A DNA stretch of 64,000 nt, from assembly GCF_006345805.1 (NCBI RefSeq), contig NC_042997.1, positions 41,354,001-41,418,000 on the forward strand, written 5' to 3'. Of the stretch, positions 1-13,844 are shown one piece after another. A program made the translations under genes and the position numbers. This DNA is from Octopus sinensis. Its lineage: Eukaryota. Positions within the stretch are counted from its first letter, which is position 1, and every line of letters starts with the position of its first letter. The notes beneath the pieces were generated by a model. That model made no database searches, was not told the origin of the DNA, and saw only the letters and a program-made list of their open reading frames with translations.

Positions 1-2861
1 ACCTAAGTCAAGTGTACAAGTCACAAACTTGTGATCTGTGTAACTGACTATATGAAATTGTGGACAACCTACACTATTTTTATCTATTGTCCTACAGAAT
101 ACTCTATCTAAGTACGATCTGGACGACCCGATGCGGTTACTCCTTGTTCACATTGGCACATTCAGGTGGTCCAGTCGGTACCTGTCAGACAGTTGGAAAC
201 GTCTGAGCAGGTCTTTGAGGCATTTGCATCCCCTCCTATTGCTATCTCTGCCCACGTAGTCTAGATGCGTGTCCAGGGTAGCATTCCAATCCCCCACTAA
301 AAATAAAGGACGAGACATTCCCATGAAAGACTCTAGACGTCAAAAGAAATCTGATCGGCCTGTTAAGGACAGTGCATAAACTGTTATCAGTCGAAAAGCA
401 CACTCATTGCTGCCATCGACATCCAAAACGACCAGCCTACCCTCTGGGTCTAGGAAAATTGCTCTTACTTTGAGGTCCAGACTCTTCCGGAGAAGCACTG
501 CGGTGCCACCTCCGCCTATTCTCAGTAGACACGGAGAAAAATAAATGTTGAAATGTGTGCCGAACATGTGCTGGAGTGCTCGCAAGCTGTGGAGTCTGGT
601 CTCACTGATCGCTATGATATGCAGATTTAGTGACTTGATGTCGTTTAACAGGTAGACTTGTTTCCAAGGCAACCCCAAGCCACGTACATTTATACTGCCT
701 ATTTTGAGCATGTTCCTATCAAAACTTGTGTTTTACACATCAAAAGAAGATGAAAAAAAGAGAGAGAGAAAAGGTTACTTATTGTCCGAAAGTCCTTTAT
801 TTTTCACCTCACAGTCTTCTCCCATGAGGTTTTTGTAAAGTTTCTTCGATAAATATTTTTGAAATCTCCCAACAGCATCAGGTTAGAGAGATTTCAGGGT
901 GCTGTGTGTGTTCTGTATTACGTGTATTATTTTAATGTGTTGTGGTGGGGTTGTGCGTGGGTAGTTATTTGTTTTTGTGTCGTTTTCAGTTATGTTGGTG
1001 TTTGAACTAATGTATTCCATTAGGTCATGGTTGTTTGTGTTTATGGCTGTCAACATTGTTGGGGGGTTTGGTGATAGTGTGTTTGTGTTGATGTGTTCGT
1101 TTTCTGTGGATGTTTTTGTTTCGGGAGTGGTGAATCTTCCTGCTTTGTTTGTTAGCTTTTCTATTCTTTTTTTCCCCTTTTTCTCATCCCCTCTGTGGCT
1201 ATTTGCCAATCTTCTGTGTCTTCTTCATCTAATGACATGTGAGAGGAATCAGAGAGTGTGAGGGGAAAAGTATTGGGGTCTATTTTTGACTGTGTTGACT
1301 TTGTTATTGGTGTTGGTTGGTGAGTGTTAGGGTGTGAGTATGGGTTTTTGGAGGTGGGGTGTGGGTATTTTGTGTTTGTGTGATTGTAGGTATTGTTGTG
1401 GTGTTGGGGGGGGGGGTGTTTTGCGGGGATTTGGAGTAGTAATTGTTTCTTCATTTTCGATGCTTGTCTTTTTGGTAGTTGTTCTTGGTTTGGGAGTTGG
1501 TTTCTCTTTGTTTGTTGTTGTTGATGTTGTTTCAGTTCTTGGTGCAGTTGGTGGTGTTGTTTGGTTGGGTAGGTTTGTTCCTGGTTGATTTTCTGTGACT
1601 GGTCCTTTTATTGTTCGTGCAAACTGTGGTGTGGGTAATAAAGCTGGCTTTTTTGTTTTTTCTGGCTGCTGTTGTTGTTGCTGCTGTTTTTTTTCGGCAG
1701 ATTTGCAATCTTTTTTTAGATGTTGTTCACTTCCGCATATATAGCAGTGTGGTCTTCTGCCCTCGACGACCACATACAATTTGTGGTCTTTTGATATATG
1801 TATCTGGGTGGGTATTTTGTTGATGGCCTCTTGGTTGATATGTAACAGAATTTCTACTCTCTTTCCCACCCAGATTTTGTGTTCAGTGACCATGATTTGT
1901 AATATATTAAATTCATCCATTTCCACACATATGGCTGATGTTAGCCATAGAGTGTCCGCTATTTGGGGAACATTGTTTATTATGACCTTAGTTACTCTCT
2001 GTCCAAGGTAGCTAGGTATCATAGTATCATAGCGAGTTCATCCGAATGAAGAGTTAGTGTTGAGAATCGTTTTGCTAACTCTTCAGTGTGGAACACTACT
2101 TCTACATGAGCAAACTTGTTCCACCAGGTAACATATTCTTTAAAATTCCAGATAGGTTGCAACCATTTTTCAATTTTGTTTGTGTTCGCCTTCTCTGGAC
2201 TTTTTGTCTTGTTGTTTATTATTTTATATATAATTGTTTTCTTATTTTCGTTTTCCAGTATTTGTTGCCGTATGTTTATTTTCACTTTGCCATTTTCTTT
2301 TGTGATTAAGGCTTTGGTATCTTTTATCTGCTCTGCAGTAAAAGATACTATTGTTCTTTTTTCTTTTATCGCCTCAGCGAAGTTTGTTGTTGTTTTGTTA
2401 TTATTGTTGCTGGTGGTGATGTTGTTGTTGGCTGCAGTTGGTATATTTGGTGTATTTGGTGTCTGATGTTTGATTGTGCAAATAGGAAGGGGTGGAAAAT
2501 TGCTTGCATAATTTGTCCCTGCATTTGAGCAACTTTCGGCAATTCGTTTGGTGGTCGCGGTCTTTTGTTTCTCTCTTTCAGTTCTTGGTGGTGGAGGAAA
2601 CAAGGTCTAAAAGGAATTGTTGTTCTTGTTGTTGGTGTTGGCGGTGGTGTCAGTGGCAGAAGAGACAGCCGTGGCAGCAGATATCAAAATGGTGGCGCTA
2701 TTGTTGTTATTCTTGTTGTCATTGTTGTTGTTGGTAGTTGTGGCAGTGGATGAGGTAGATGTGGCAGTTTTGGTGGTGGTGGTGGTGGTGGTGGTTATGA
2801 CATGACTATTCATAGTTGTACAAAATTCTCTGTTGTTGACAACAATGTCTTTTTCAAATGT
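1..2861 (-). mobile_element. L1/Tx1-like LINE, 5' part: fragmented ORF1 with CCHC knuckle and APE endonuclease of ORF2
   Basis: CYICGSEQHLKKDC; LKIGSINVRGL..IAISETR..DPEGRLVVLDV; frameshifts and stops; runs off the window start. Confidence 0.85.
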
Positions 2862-3382
2862 TTTTGTACTTGATTTTTTTTGTTATTCAAAAATTCATTC
2901 TTTTTTCCTTCTGTCATTCGAAGACAGGGTAAATCTTCGTCAGACAAACCTGACAAAATTTGATCAACAATTAAATTTCTCGATGTTTTTATTATTGAGA
3001 AATAAATAAAAAATATAAGGTGATAAAAAAGCCCCAAGGGGCAAATTTCACACTTCAAAATAGCCAAACAAAGGTTTGGCTCTTCAAAATTTCAAAAACT
3101 CCGGAATAAATTTTGTAAACAAAAGACGACAATATGTTTATACGTTAGACGCAAAGAAACGCTATGCCGACAAATGCAAATATTTGGAGAAAACAAAATA
3201 TTTGATATTAAAACAGGGCTGAAAATGCCCCTAGGGGCAAAATCCCCTAGGCAAAAAACACACCCAGACGAAAGCTGGGTGTCTTACACACCTTGTGTGC
3301 AAAAATTTGAAACAAGTCTTATAAATAACACAATAATAAATTCGATAAACTTACGAGCCGACGAATCAGAACACACTATCAC

Positions 3383-3383
<1 letters not shown>

Positions 3384-3450
<67 letters not shown>

Positions 3451-3473
3451 GATGGATGGATGGATGGATGGAT
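3384..3473. repeat. (GATA)n/(GATG)n microsatellite
   Basis: read directly. Confidence 0.97.
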
Positions 3474-3767
3474 TTAGATATATACACACACACATACAAA
3501 GATAAATTGATAGATACAACTGAGTGGGCAAGCAAAAATATGAGACACAGCCTAGTGCTTTTTTTATGTTGATAAGCCTGGTACTTATTCTATAAGTTTG
3601 TTCTTGTGAAACCGGTAAGTTATGAGGATGTAAATAAATGAACAGCAGTTGTGAAGCAGTGATGACGGTGAAACACAGAAACAAAGACACACACATACAC
3701 TTACATATATACATACATATATATACAATTAATTTGTTTCAGTTCCTGTCTACGAAATCCATATATA

Positions 3768-4744
3768 TTGTTGTTGGCATCCTTTTTGTCTCGGCAGACA
3801 ATGGAGTTGCGCATAATCTAGTCCGGCTTTTACATTTCATGTCCTAATACATCTCCTGCTGTGGCTCTGTAGTTCTTTCCTAGGCAAACACTCCCTCTGG
3901 CAGGTGCCGCAAACATAGCGAAGACTTTGCCTGGCTGGTTGTAATGTCATATTTTCGTGTTGACGTCTTTTCCTGTCTTTCCATTTCTCCTCTCTCTCTA
4001 TGTCACTCCTTTGTGTCTCCTCTTTAAGGTACCTCGCCAATCTCCATAGTTGCTGGCAACTGCTTCCCAGTTGCTAATATTGATGTTGCAGGCATTCATG
4101 TCCCTTTTCCAAACATCCTTGAATCGTAAGAATGGTCTTCCCACAGACCTAGTGCCCCTAGCAAGCTCTCTATAGAGTATGTCCTTGAGGATTCTGCCAT
4201 CTTCCATATGGCTAACATGTCCAAGCCATCTCATACGTCTTTGTGTCAACAACAGTGCACACATGCTTGGTATTCCTGCTTGCTTGAGGACATCTTTGTT
4301 GAGGACATGATTCTGCCATTTGATGCGAAGGGTTTTCCGGAGGCAGTGCAGGTGAAAGATATTTAGGCAACGCTCTTGGCGTGTATATGGCGTCAAAGTC
4401 TCACTTCCATACAGTAGAGTGCTAAGTACACATGCCTGGTAAATCTTCATTTTTGTGGTCTTGATCAGCTTATTGTTGTCCCATGCCCGTTTGGAGAGTT
4501 GGGCCATCACAGCAGCTGCCTTGCCAATGTGTATATTGAGCTCAGCATCAAGGGATAGGTTGTAGGTGACGGTAGAGCCAAGATAGGTAAACTACTCCAC
4601 CTCCTGTAGTCTGTGGTCTCCAATATGTATGTTTGGGATGTCCGATGTAGCCTGAACCATGATGTTGGTCTTCTTGAGGCTGATAACTAAGCCAAAGTCA
4701 CTACATGCTTGCTCAAAACAGTTGATGAACCTTTGTAGGACTTC
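3768..4744 (-). mobile_element. RTE/BovB-like LINE, 3' fragment
   Basis: KIYQACVLSTLLYGSE, RRMRWLGHV, GRPFLRFKD, terminal C2H-type finger, (CAA)n tail. Confidence 0.88.
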
Positions 4745-5159
4745 TTGGTATATTTGGTGTATTTGGTGTCTGATGTTTGATTGTGCAAATAGGAAGGGGT
4801 GGAAAATTGCTTGCATAATTTGTCCCTGCATTTGAGCAACTTTCGGCAATTCGTTTGGTGGTCGCGGTCTTTTGTTTCTCTCTTTCAGTTCTTGGTGGTG
4901 GAGGAAACAAGGTCTAAAAGGAATTGTTGTTCTTGTTGTTGGTGTTGGCGGTGGTGTCAGTGGCAGAAGAGACAGCCGTGGCAGCAGATATCAAAATGGT
5001 GGCGCTATTGTTGTTATTCTTGTTGTCATTGTTGTTGTTGGTAGTTGTGGCAGTGGATGAGGTAGATGTGGCAGTTTTGGTGGTGGTGGTGGTTATGACA
5101 TGACTATTCATAGTTGTACAAAATTCTCTGTTGTTGACAACAATGTCTTTTTCAAATGT
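4745..5159 (-). repeat. near-identical copy of 2438-2861 (5' end of the Tx1-like ORF1)
   Basis: identical ORF translations; differs visibly in (TGG)n length. Confidence 0.92.
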
Positions 5160-7130
5160 ATCTATGTGATACCAGAGCGGCATCATCAGCAAACTTAGTG
5201 ATGAGGTGAGGCTGTTTAATGAACGCATCTTGAAATCAGTGAGGAAAACGATTGGCTTGAAGGCAGTTGGGATGTCAAACGAGTGCTGGAGAACATGTGA
5301 AATTGTCAAAGCAGGAAAAGAAAGGGATGCTATCCGCAAAAGAGTGGGGATTCACAAAAATGAGTTCCGGGTGCAAGATGAGAAATTGAAAGGGTTGATC
5401 AAAGAAAGAAAGCTGGAGATTTGGCAAAGGAAGGTAATATCTATGAAAGGAACAACACAAATGTGGAGAGTTCTGCGCAGTCTGACTAACCCATGTAGAG
5501 AAGACCCAGCAGGAATAATCACAGAGGCAGTGAAAAAGTATGTTACTCATCTTGAGAAGGCGAATGGTTTTGTGAGGTACTACCAGTCTGCAAGTTCCCT
5601 CAAGATTATACAAAGAAGACAGAGGCATGAAAGGTATAACAAATGGTTTTCTCAATAAGCACCAAGATGACTCTGAAATAGGCAAAGAGTTCACTAAAAG
5701 CGAGATCACAGCAGCAATCAATAGTCTGAATCCTTCCAAAGCAGCGGGTCCAGATTATATTCACCCACACCTTCTGTATCACATTGGGAGCAATGCCCTA
5801 AAAGCTCTAACAGACATCTACAACAAGTCCTGGGCCTCACTCCAAGTCCCGCAGGAATAGCGCAATGCAGACGTATGGCCTATGCTCAACCTGGGGAAAA
5901 TCCCGAACCAATTTTCCAGTTATAGGCCGATCTCACTTACCTCAGTAGTGGGCAAAGTGATGGATTGCGGTACATCATAGAAAGTTACAGGCTCTTAACC
6001 GAAGATCAAGCAGGTTTTAGGCCGAGAAGGAGTACCGAAGATCAAATCCTCAGATTGTCCCAGAAGATTAATGATGGCTTCCAACAGAAACCAATGGCAA
6101 GAATGGTGACGGCGTTGATTGATTTCTCAGAAGCATATGATGGGGTTTGGTGGGATGCTTTAATCAATAAGATGGCAAAGAAGGGAATTCAAATACATAT
6201 CATCAGAAGGACCCATGCGTGGCTGCCGAACAGAATGAACTGGGTTTCGTATGAGGGCAAGCGAAGCAAGAAGCTGGTATTCAAGCAAGGTGTACCTCAG
6301 GGTTCGGTGCTTTCTCCGCTACTTTTCCTGCTCTACATTGATGACTTGGCCGATGAAATGCAAGACCTTAGCATAAGCATTTTTGCTGATGATGTGGCTT
6401 TGTGGAAACAGCACCCAGGCTTGGCTATTGCAGAAAAGGCATTACAAGGCAGGTTAAACAGATTGGCAGAGTGGCGTGCTAAGTGGAAAATGACGATTTC
6501 CGTCCCAAAGTCAGAATGTACCTTCTTCTCGACCAACTCACATGAAGCAAGCTGGAGACCTAACCTAGAGCTAGAAGGCAACCAGTTGAGTTATAACCCA
6601 ACCCCAAAGTTTCTCAGGGTCACATACGACCACCAACTCACCTTTACCGCCCATACAAACATTGTTTGCAACAAGGTGAAGTGACAGGCCACAGCTATAT
6701 GCAGATTGGCAAATACAGATTGGGGATATGATAAGGAAACTCTTCAAGCTACCTATATCACAGTAAGAAAATCCATTATTGAGTATGCAGCGCTACCTTG
6801 GACGCCTTGGATCTCGAACACAGCCATGGAGAAATTGGAGGCGAACCAGCGGTATGCCGGTCGGGCAATTACTGGTCACGTGCACACCACATCCACGGGA
6901 GGTGATGTTGGCCAAAGCAAACCTACCTCTGATTGCAACTCGTACAACCCAGCTAAGCGTTATCACTCTGGAGAAGTCATATCAAGTCGGCCAAGATAAC
7001 CCTCGCCAGTTAATTGCGGAAAGGGAAATTCAACAGTGAACGAAGAGTTGGAGAGAGAAAGCCAAGGAAGCATGGTCCTCCCGATTCGAGGAAAGCAAGC
7101 CACAAAAGCTGACCATAAACATCACTGAAA
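5160..7130 (+). mobile_element. decayed I/Ingi/Jockey-group LINE reverse transcriptase
   Basis: KAAGPD, QAGFRPRRSTEDQ, GVPQGSVLSPLLF, FADD; in-frame stops. Confidence 0.85.
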
Positions 7131-7201
7131 TATTAAAACATTGTTATCACGGTAAGATTCATTATAGCAATATTAACTCTTACATGCTAATGTAAGAGTT
7201 A

Positions 7202-7263
<62 letters not shown>

Positions 7264-8130
7264 CATTTGGTAGTTTCAGGCAAATTTCTACTACATCATC
7301 TGCTACACCCACGTGTTACTGAGGTGTGTGCAGCATTGTGTGTTCTTTTTTGTGGTTGGGAGAGTGCAAACTCTCTCCAGTATTGTACTGTACCAGTTTC
7401 TTTTCTTATGGGATCTGGTTGCAGTCTTTTGTTGTATAAGTGTTTGTATTGTGCATGTAATTCGAGTTGTGTATCCAGTCTTCTGATGGTTGTTTATTTT
7501 ATTGGATATTTGTTATAGGGAATGTGTCTTGTGTTTATAGAGTGTTTTATTTGGGTTGTATTACTAAATTAATAGTGCCTCGCTGTTTCTAGCAGGGTTA
7601 TTTTTTGGATAGTATATGGTATTGAGGATCCTGGCATATTTTTTTCATATGTTTTCTTTTTCCGTATCATGGCCACTACTCCAATCATTACAAGTGTTGT
7701 TTTCAACTTCATGCCCCACATCTTGAATACTCCAATTTCCATGTCTTTGTACTTTGACAATTTCTCCACTTCTTTTTGAGAAACATTTTGGTCAGAAGGG
7801 ACTGCAATATCTATTAGGAAGTTGGTGATTTTTTTGTTTTCCAATAGTTTAGTATTGTGTCTGGGTGATTATCTGTTATTTCTTTGTCGGTTTGAACCGG
7901 CATATTCCAGATGATTGTGGCCTGGCCATTGTCTTGTACCTTGTTTGGCACATGTTTATACCATTTATTGTCAGTTGTTATGTTGTAGTGTTGGCATATT
8001 GTCCACTGGACATAACTATTTACTTGGTCATGTCTGTATATGTATATATTCAAGATACTGGAAGCCGAATGTGTCTTTCCTGGCACCTCAATCACTCAGA
8101 GACAGAGTTAGCAAGCTAGCCCATTGGAGG
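7202..8130 (-). mobile_element. Dong/R4-like (RLE) non-LTR 3' fragment ending in (TAA)n
   Basis: RHDQV..WYKH.P, PD..LIDIAVP..KLSKYKD motifs; (ATT)n at 7202-7260. Confidence 0.82.
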
Positions 8131-8149
8131 TTGTTGGGTGTAATCGTCC

Positions 8150-9320
8150 ACAGCTATTTGAGAGGAGGCATTAATGTTTAGTAAAAGAATAGTGTTAGAG
8201 GTGCTTAGAAGAAGCATAGCGACCGACTTGCTGGTGGCAAGATTGGCTTTTGATCAATTCTTCAATGCCAAGCATGAAGGTTGTGTTCTCATAGCAAGGG
8301 TGCATGAACTAAGACACAAGGGAATGAAATCAGTTTGATGAGCCCAGGCGACAGAGGTGCAATGTGGCAGCAGCAAGGCCACAATTCAGTCTTTGACGAG
8401 ACAGGACAGGTACATGCTGCAAGAAACCAGGCGGGTGTGTTTGGAACTGTGCGGAGCATGCAGTGAGTCAGAGACAGGGGTGGATTTCACTGCCTCCCTT
8501 CATAGTAAGTCACTCCTTTCGCCCAGGGATGAAGAGTTCTGCAAAATGCCAATAACAGCTGAAGACACATGGGATGCGATCACAAGCTGCACAAGGGAGT
8601 GGATGGTCTACCATTTGTCAGACTTCTTCTTGGCAGTTGTCTACCACAAATGGCAGCAGAACAAGAGAATTCTCAATACTGTGAGCTATGTGGTACAGTG
8701 ATACTGCTGAGAAAGAACCTGAACAAGGTGGTCCAAGTAGACAATTTTAGGATTGTAGCTCGACTGAAAGCAGATTATGAGATTTAAAAGTGAAAGTGTT
8801 AGGCATGAGGTTAGTGATGGTTATCGATATGACTAGATTGCTGACATCCTGGTATGTGCTATGCCAAACAGACGACCTATTCATGACAACCTCCACCTCA
8901 AACGCTACAGCATAGAGAGGCTGGGTAAGGAACCTGGCATGGGTGGGGCTTTTGACTTGTTCAAGTTCCACTAGAAAAGGAGATTGAGGGAGGAGAGGGA
9001 AATGCTGCTCCCCAGTATTTATGTTGAAAGGGGAGTGAATGTGGCAAAGATAACCCATATGAATGGATCAACTCTGAACATGGAATTGAAGAGAGAGGCA
9101 CCTGCTAACATGCACTTGGCAGTCAGGATGACCAGGATGTGTGGGGGTTCCTTGGTTGGCCCTGGGTGAAACTCCTCCTCTGGGGGATTTGATTGATTTT
9201 TTGCTGTTATTTCTTCTTGTTTTTTGAGTATCCACATATTTTTATGCTAAGACCCACTCGTCTCTTATTTTGTATTGTCCATTTTTGTTTTGTGTTCAGC
9301 CCTGGTGGCCAAAAGAAAAT
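8150..9320 (+). mobile_element. highly decayed L1/Tx1-like ORF2 remnant
   Basis: fragmentary RT-region similarity and a 3' end ...gccctggtggccaaaagaaa. Confidence 0.5.
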
Positions 9321-9439
9321 TATACGCAAGCAGCCATCTCAGTCATGTCAGGGTCACCAATTTTTTAATTAGATTGTTTGTTATGATGTGTTACTTTTAT
9401 GGGGCTACATGTTTAAATGCCTTTTTTTGTTGGAGCTCC

Positions 9440-10900
9440 TGGAGTCTTGCATGTGTAGCAGGCTTGCTGTCTGCAGCCTATGGTATCATGTTATTCGTTC
9501 CTTTCAGCTATCTAATACTTCCCTGATTATTCTGGTTGTGCCAAGGAGGCAAACCTTTTGTAACAATTCTACTGGGCACTCTATTCCAATTTCCTTTATA
9601 TTCCTCTTGATGCCTTCTGGTATTGTCCCCAAGGACCCAACAATAATTGGCACTATCTTCACCTTCTTCATTTTCCATAGCCGGGCTATTTCGTACTTAA
9701 GAGGGTTGTATCTATGTATCTATCTTTTCGCCTTCCTGGTTGACTGTTCATGAGTCAAAGGGGCATGCACTGTCAACTGTATAGCATATGTGATGCATCT
9801 TGTTGACCACCATTAGGTCTGATCTGTTATGCTCTGATCTGTTTGGATTGGGAAATCCCAGAGGAATTTGCTGGTCTCTGACTCCACCACGCTTTCTGGT
9901 TTGTGCTCATATCATGTCTTGCCTCTCTCTAGCCTCCACTTTGTGCACAGTTTCCAATGTAGCACTTCCAATACCTGGTCATGTCACCACAACTTGTAGT
10001 GGTTTGGGGCAAGTATTATTATTATTAACTCCATCTGTTATTCTTTCAGGGCCAATAAAAGAAGTACCAGTCAGACACTAGGGGTGGGGAGCACGATTAA
10101 CTTGTCCCCTCTGCCAACATTTCAGGCAGAGTAGAAAGGATTATCCTTACTATGATGATGTTGCTTTGCTTTTGTACGAACTGAGTTCAAATCTCACCTG
10201 ACGACCCCAAGAGACAGCAGGTTACAATTTCAAGTGGGCATTAGGAATAGGAGGGTTGATAACTGTCATATTCTTTGGGGGAAAAAAGGGGTCAAATAAG
10301 AAGATTTGGCGCTTTAATTGTCTACCTTGGGTTTATAAGGATTCTTTTAGAACATGTGCTTTTGATAATATGTGGAAAAAGATTGTTTTGGAGTTATAGA
10401 GAGACTATATTTCACAGAATCTGAGCAGTCTCCATCAGGACTATTTGCTTGAATTTCTTCCATTTTTGAATTCCTTGGGATTTGAGACAGGTAATAACCA
10501 GCCCTTTTCATTATTATTCATAAAGCACCTGCAACCATGGATATTGTTCAAGTCTTGAATTACCACATTTTGCCAATTTCTATTGCAAGATCTTTGTATG
10601 TGGTCAAATTTTGGTAGGTCTTCACAGATACATTCACATCAATTGGGACGTATTGATGTCGTGGCATGCTTGGCATCTGAAATCCTTCAGTATAATATCT
10701 GGTCTATTTGCATCTGTCTTTCTGTCAGCTTGAACAAAAAAGTTCCATGTGAATAAGATATCATTTTGAAGCACTGGAGATGGTTTGTATTTCCACCAAT
10801 TTCTATGATGGGGCAGGTACAATTCTTTGCACATTTTCTGGTTTGGGACTGGGTTTTGAAGTCCATAGCACTTCTATTTGATTTTGTGTTTGTCATGTTG
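9440..10900 (-). mobile_element. further Dong/R4-like RLE remnants
   Basis: QADRKTDANRPDIILKD; degraded KY..L..EI..W motif. Confidence 0.65.
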
Positions 10901-11399
10901 GCAGCAGTGGGTGGTTTGTTTTCTTTGAAGGCAGAAAGTCTTTAAGTGAGTCACAGATCCACATATATAACAGCTTTCATTCTTCTACAATCACTGACAG
11001 GTGGGTGCCACCTGGGAGGTTTATCAGGTCAGACACCTTCTCAATATATGTTTGGTCAGTGTGTATGATCAATTCCATACCGATGCCTGACCAGTTTTGC
11101 TGCAGTATTTTCTTTTCCTTCATAATAGTCCTCTCTTCCTGCCAAAATGGAAGCTACAAACCAGGTGATGGATATTTCTGTCAGCACATTTCTCACCTTG
11201 TTAAAAGCAAGGCACTAGATGCAACAACTGGGGATTAAGAAGAGTTTTTCATTCCTCAATGTGGTCACAAAATGTGTGTATGTATGTATATATATACATA
11301 CATACATACATACAAGCTTTTACTTGCATTTCAGTGGTACGTAAATAAACGGCGTAAATAAACGAAAGACAACGTAAATACACGAAGTTGACGTCTGAC

Positions 11400-13260
11400 G
11401 TCAGATTTCTCTACTTTCACTTCTGACACCCAAAGGCATGACAGTGCCGTCGAAGTTTCTTTGAATTAATACTTCTTCATCAGAAAGTTCATCCGTCTAT
11501 AAGCTTTCCTTCTAGCTTCAAATGTTCGGTACTACTTCTACAGATTTGCGAAACTTTTCGAATAAATGGCCTAAGGAACTTAGATTTCATAATTTGCCAA
11601 ATGTTGAATTTTCATCGAAATCTATTCTTTTACCCAAATTTTTGATGGCAGAAGTAAGAGAAAATTTAAAGTCTTCAACTTTCTTTCGAACCTCATCAAT
11701 TTTTCAATTGTTCATCTTGAAAGCCGAAAAAATTCTTTTGTATATCGATTTATTGATTCTTAAATCTGTCCTGATATCGAAAATATCTACTGCTGTACTT
11801 TCAGGGTTTTTTTCAAGTTCTTTAATTGATAATGTGTATACCCCCATTACATGTTGCGAAAACATCAGATAGAGTTCAATAATTTGGAGGGTATTTCTGT
11901 GGAATCCCCGTCAATGGAAAGAAGTTTATATAATTCTTTAGAGGAATCAGTTCCTAAGAAAAATAGGAACTCAAGGCTTTCCCAGAAAGTAAAATTCTTT
12001 CAATACATGCCTGAAGTGATAACCGTCTGGTAGGTACATGCCGAAGAATCTCTCCATATCCTGTCTCTGCAAATAAATGAAAGTCTTTAAGAGTTTCAGT
12101 TCTTTTTGCCGATACTGAAAAATGCCCAGATATCTTTAGGATAATATTTTCTACATTACCATAAGTCGGCGAGCTGGCAGAACCGTTAGCATGCCGGGCG
12201 AAATGCGTAGCCGTATTTCGTCTGCCGCTACGTTCTGAGTTCAAATTCCGCCGAGGTCGACTTTGCCTTTCATCCTTTCGGGGTCGATTAAATAAGTACC
12301 AGTTACGCACAGGGGTCGATATAATCGACTTAATCCGTTTGTCTATCCCCTTGTGGGTAGTAAAGAAACAGATATTTTCTACATTTAAGTTTTCCAAAGC
12401 ACTTTTTACTGAATTATGTAAAATGTGTGCACTGCAATTGGCTTTAATAACACTGTTATTTAGTGTGAGAATGTTAGAATATAAAGAATGCTTTATTCCA
12501 AAATTGCAACTTGTATTATCTGCAGTAAAACCTGAAACTCTTTCCCAGTCAAGTTGCAAATTGCCCAAAATCTTTCTCAAACGTCTAAACATGCCATCTA
12601 CACTTTCATCAGCATTCTCAAAAAAGTCAATAATGTTATTATTCTCTGCACCATGTTCCATATTGAAATATTGAACACAAATGGGAAACATTTCCCTGGG
12701 TTTTTTTTTGTGGCTAGAAATATCAATTTGAAGGCAAAACTATAGAGGAGAATCATGTTGTTTCGAATCTTTCAATGCTACCTCTAATGCTTTTTTGATG
12801 TAACACATTCGTAACTATGGCCTCCGATTTGGTCCGACCACAAGATATCTTTCCAGGTACTTTGGAATCCTGGTAAAATTTTGAATTTAATTTCAAGCTA
12901 CAATCAAGAGAGTTGTAGGAATGATTGTGTTTAACTGCATGATATATATTTGAGCTACTTCTCAAGCAATTACATTATCTTCTTCTTTTGTATTGGTTTT
13001 CACGAAAAATTTATCAATTAAAGATTTGGAAAGTGAAGCACTGCGGTTACTTTTATGCCTATCAGAAGTCTTGTGTTGTTTGATAGCTACAACAGCCATA
13101 CAGCCAATTTTAAAGGTCCTATTACGAGTAATGCATTTTGCCTCTTGTTGATTAATAAGTTGCTGCCAACCATTCATACTCCTTTTCCAGTTTTTGTTAT
13201 ACGAGCACAATCTCTTCTTTATCGCTGAGGGTTCCCCGTCACTACAAAATATTAAGCAGT
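11400..13260 (-). mobile_element. hAT-superfamily-like transposase pseudogene
   Basis: BED-finger remnant, YHAVKHNHSYNSLDC, SCGRTKSEAIV, FTADNTSCNFG, CSAHILHN (CxxH); frameshifts. Confidence 0.8.
12158..12371 (+). mobile_element. tRNA-derived SINE with 14-bp TSD (atattttctacatt at 12144-12157 and 12372-12385)
   Basis: A/B-box-like ggcgagctggcagaa...gagttcaaattcc; central gcctttcatcctttcggggtcga. Confidence 0.9.
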
Positions 13261-13844
13261 CGCTGCTGTCCCGCCTTACTAATGCATTAAAACCTTATGA
13301 AAGAAAATAGTTGATTTAGCATTGAAATAAAATATATGTTCCAAAGCAAGGTCGAGAGTCGATGATGAATCATATACGCACACAGACGCCATTAGAAGAT
13401 ATTTAAAATATGTGACTATAGCTTAGGCTATGGTAGGTCTATTTAGCTTCTGAAAAAAGCAAATTCTGCTAGCGCATAAACCCCAGAATTTCTTATAACT
13501 TCAAACTCCTATATTCTCTAGCCTACTTCTTTGCCATTTAATGGGTGTGTGTGTGTGTGTGTGTGTGCAAGAGAGCTAGCATCCAACTGAATGAGCGACA
13601 AGCACTGGGCCTCACAGGCTTGCGATGATGTCACTAGCTATATTGAATTTGAAAATAATAATTACTCATTGTAATTTTTCACCAACCATGACTATATGAA
13701 GTTAAAAGATAGTATGTGGCCCGACAAACATGTATGTAAAGTGTGCACAACTTGGAATGTGAACTGAAACTGAAATGGTAGCACTTGAAAAGTTGGTACA
13801 TTCTTGTAACAGTGTCAAAATGATCATGTCTGGAAAACACACTT

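Noticed and set aside
12165-12260. tRNA gene
   Set aside because: It is the tRNA-derived head of a SINE with body, tail and TSD.
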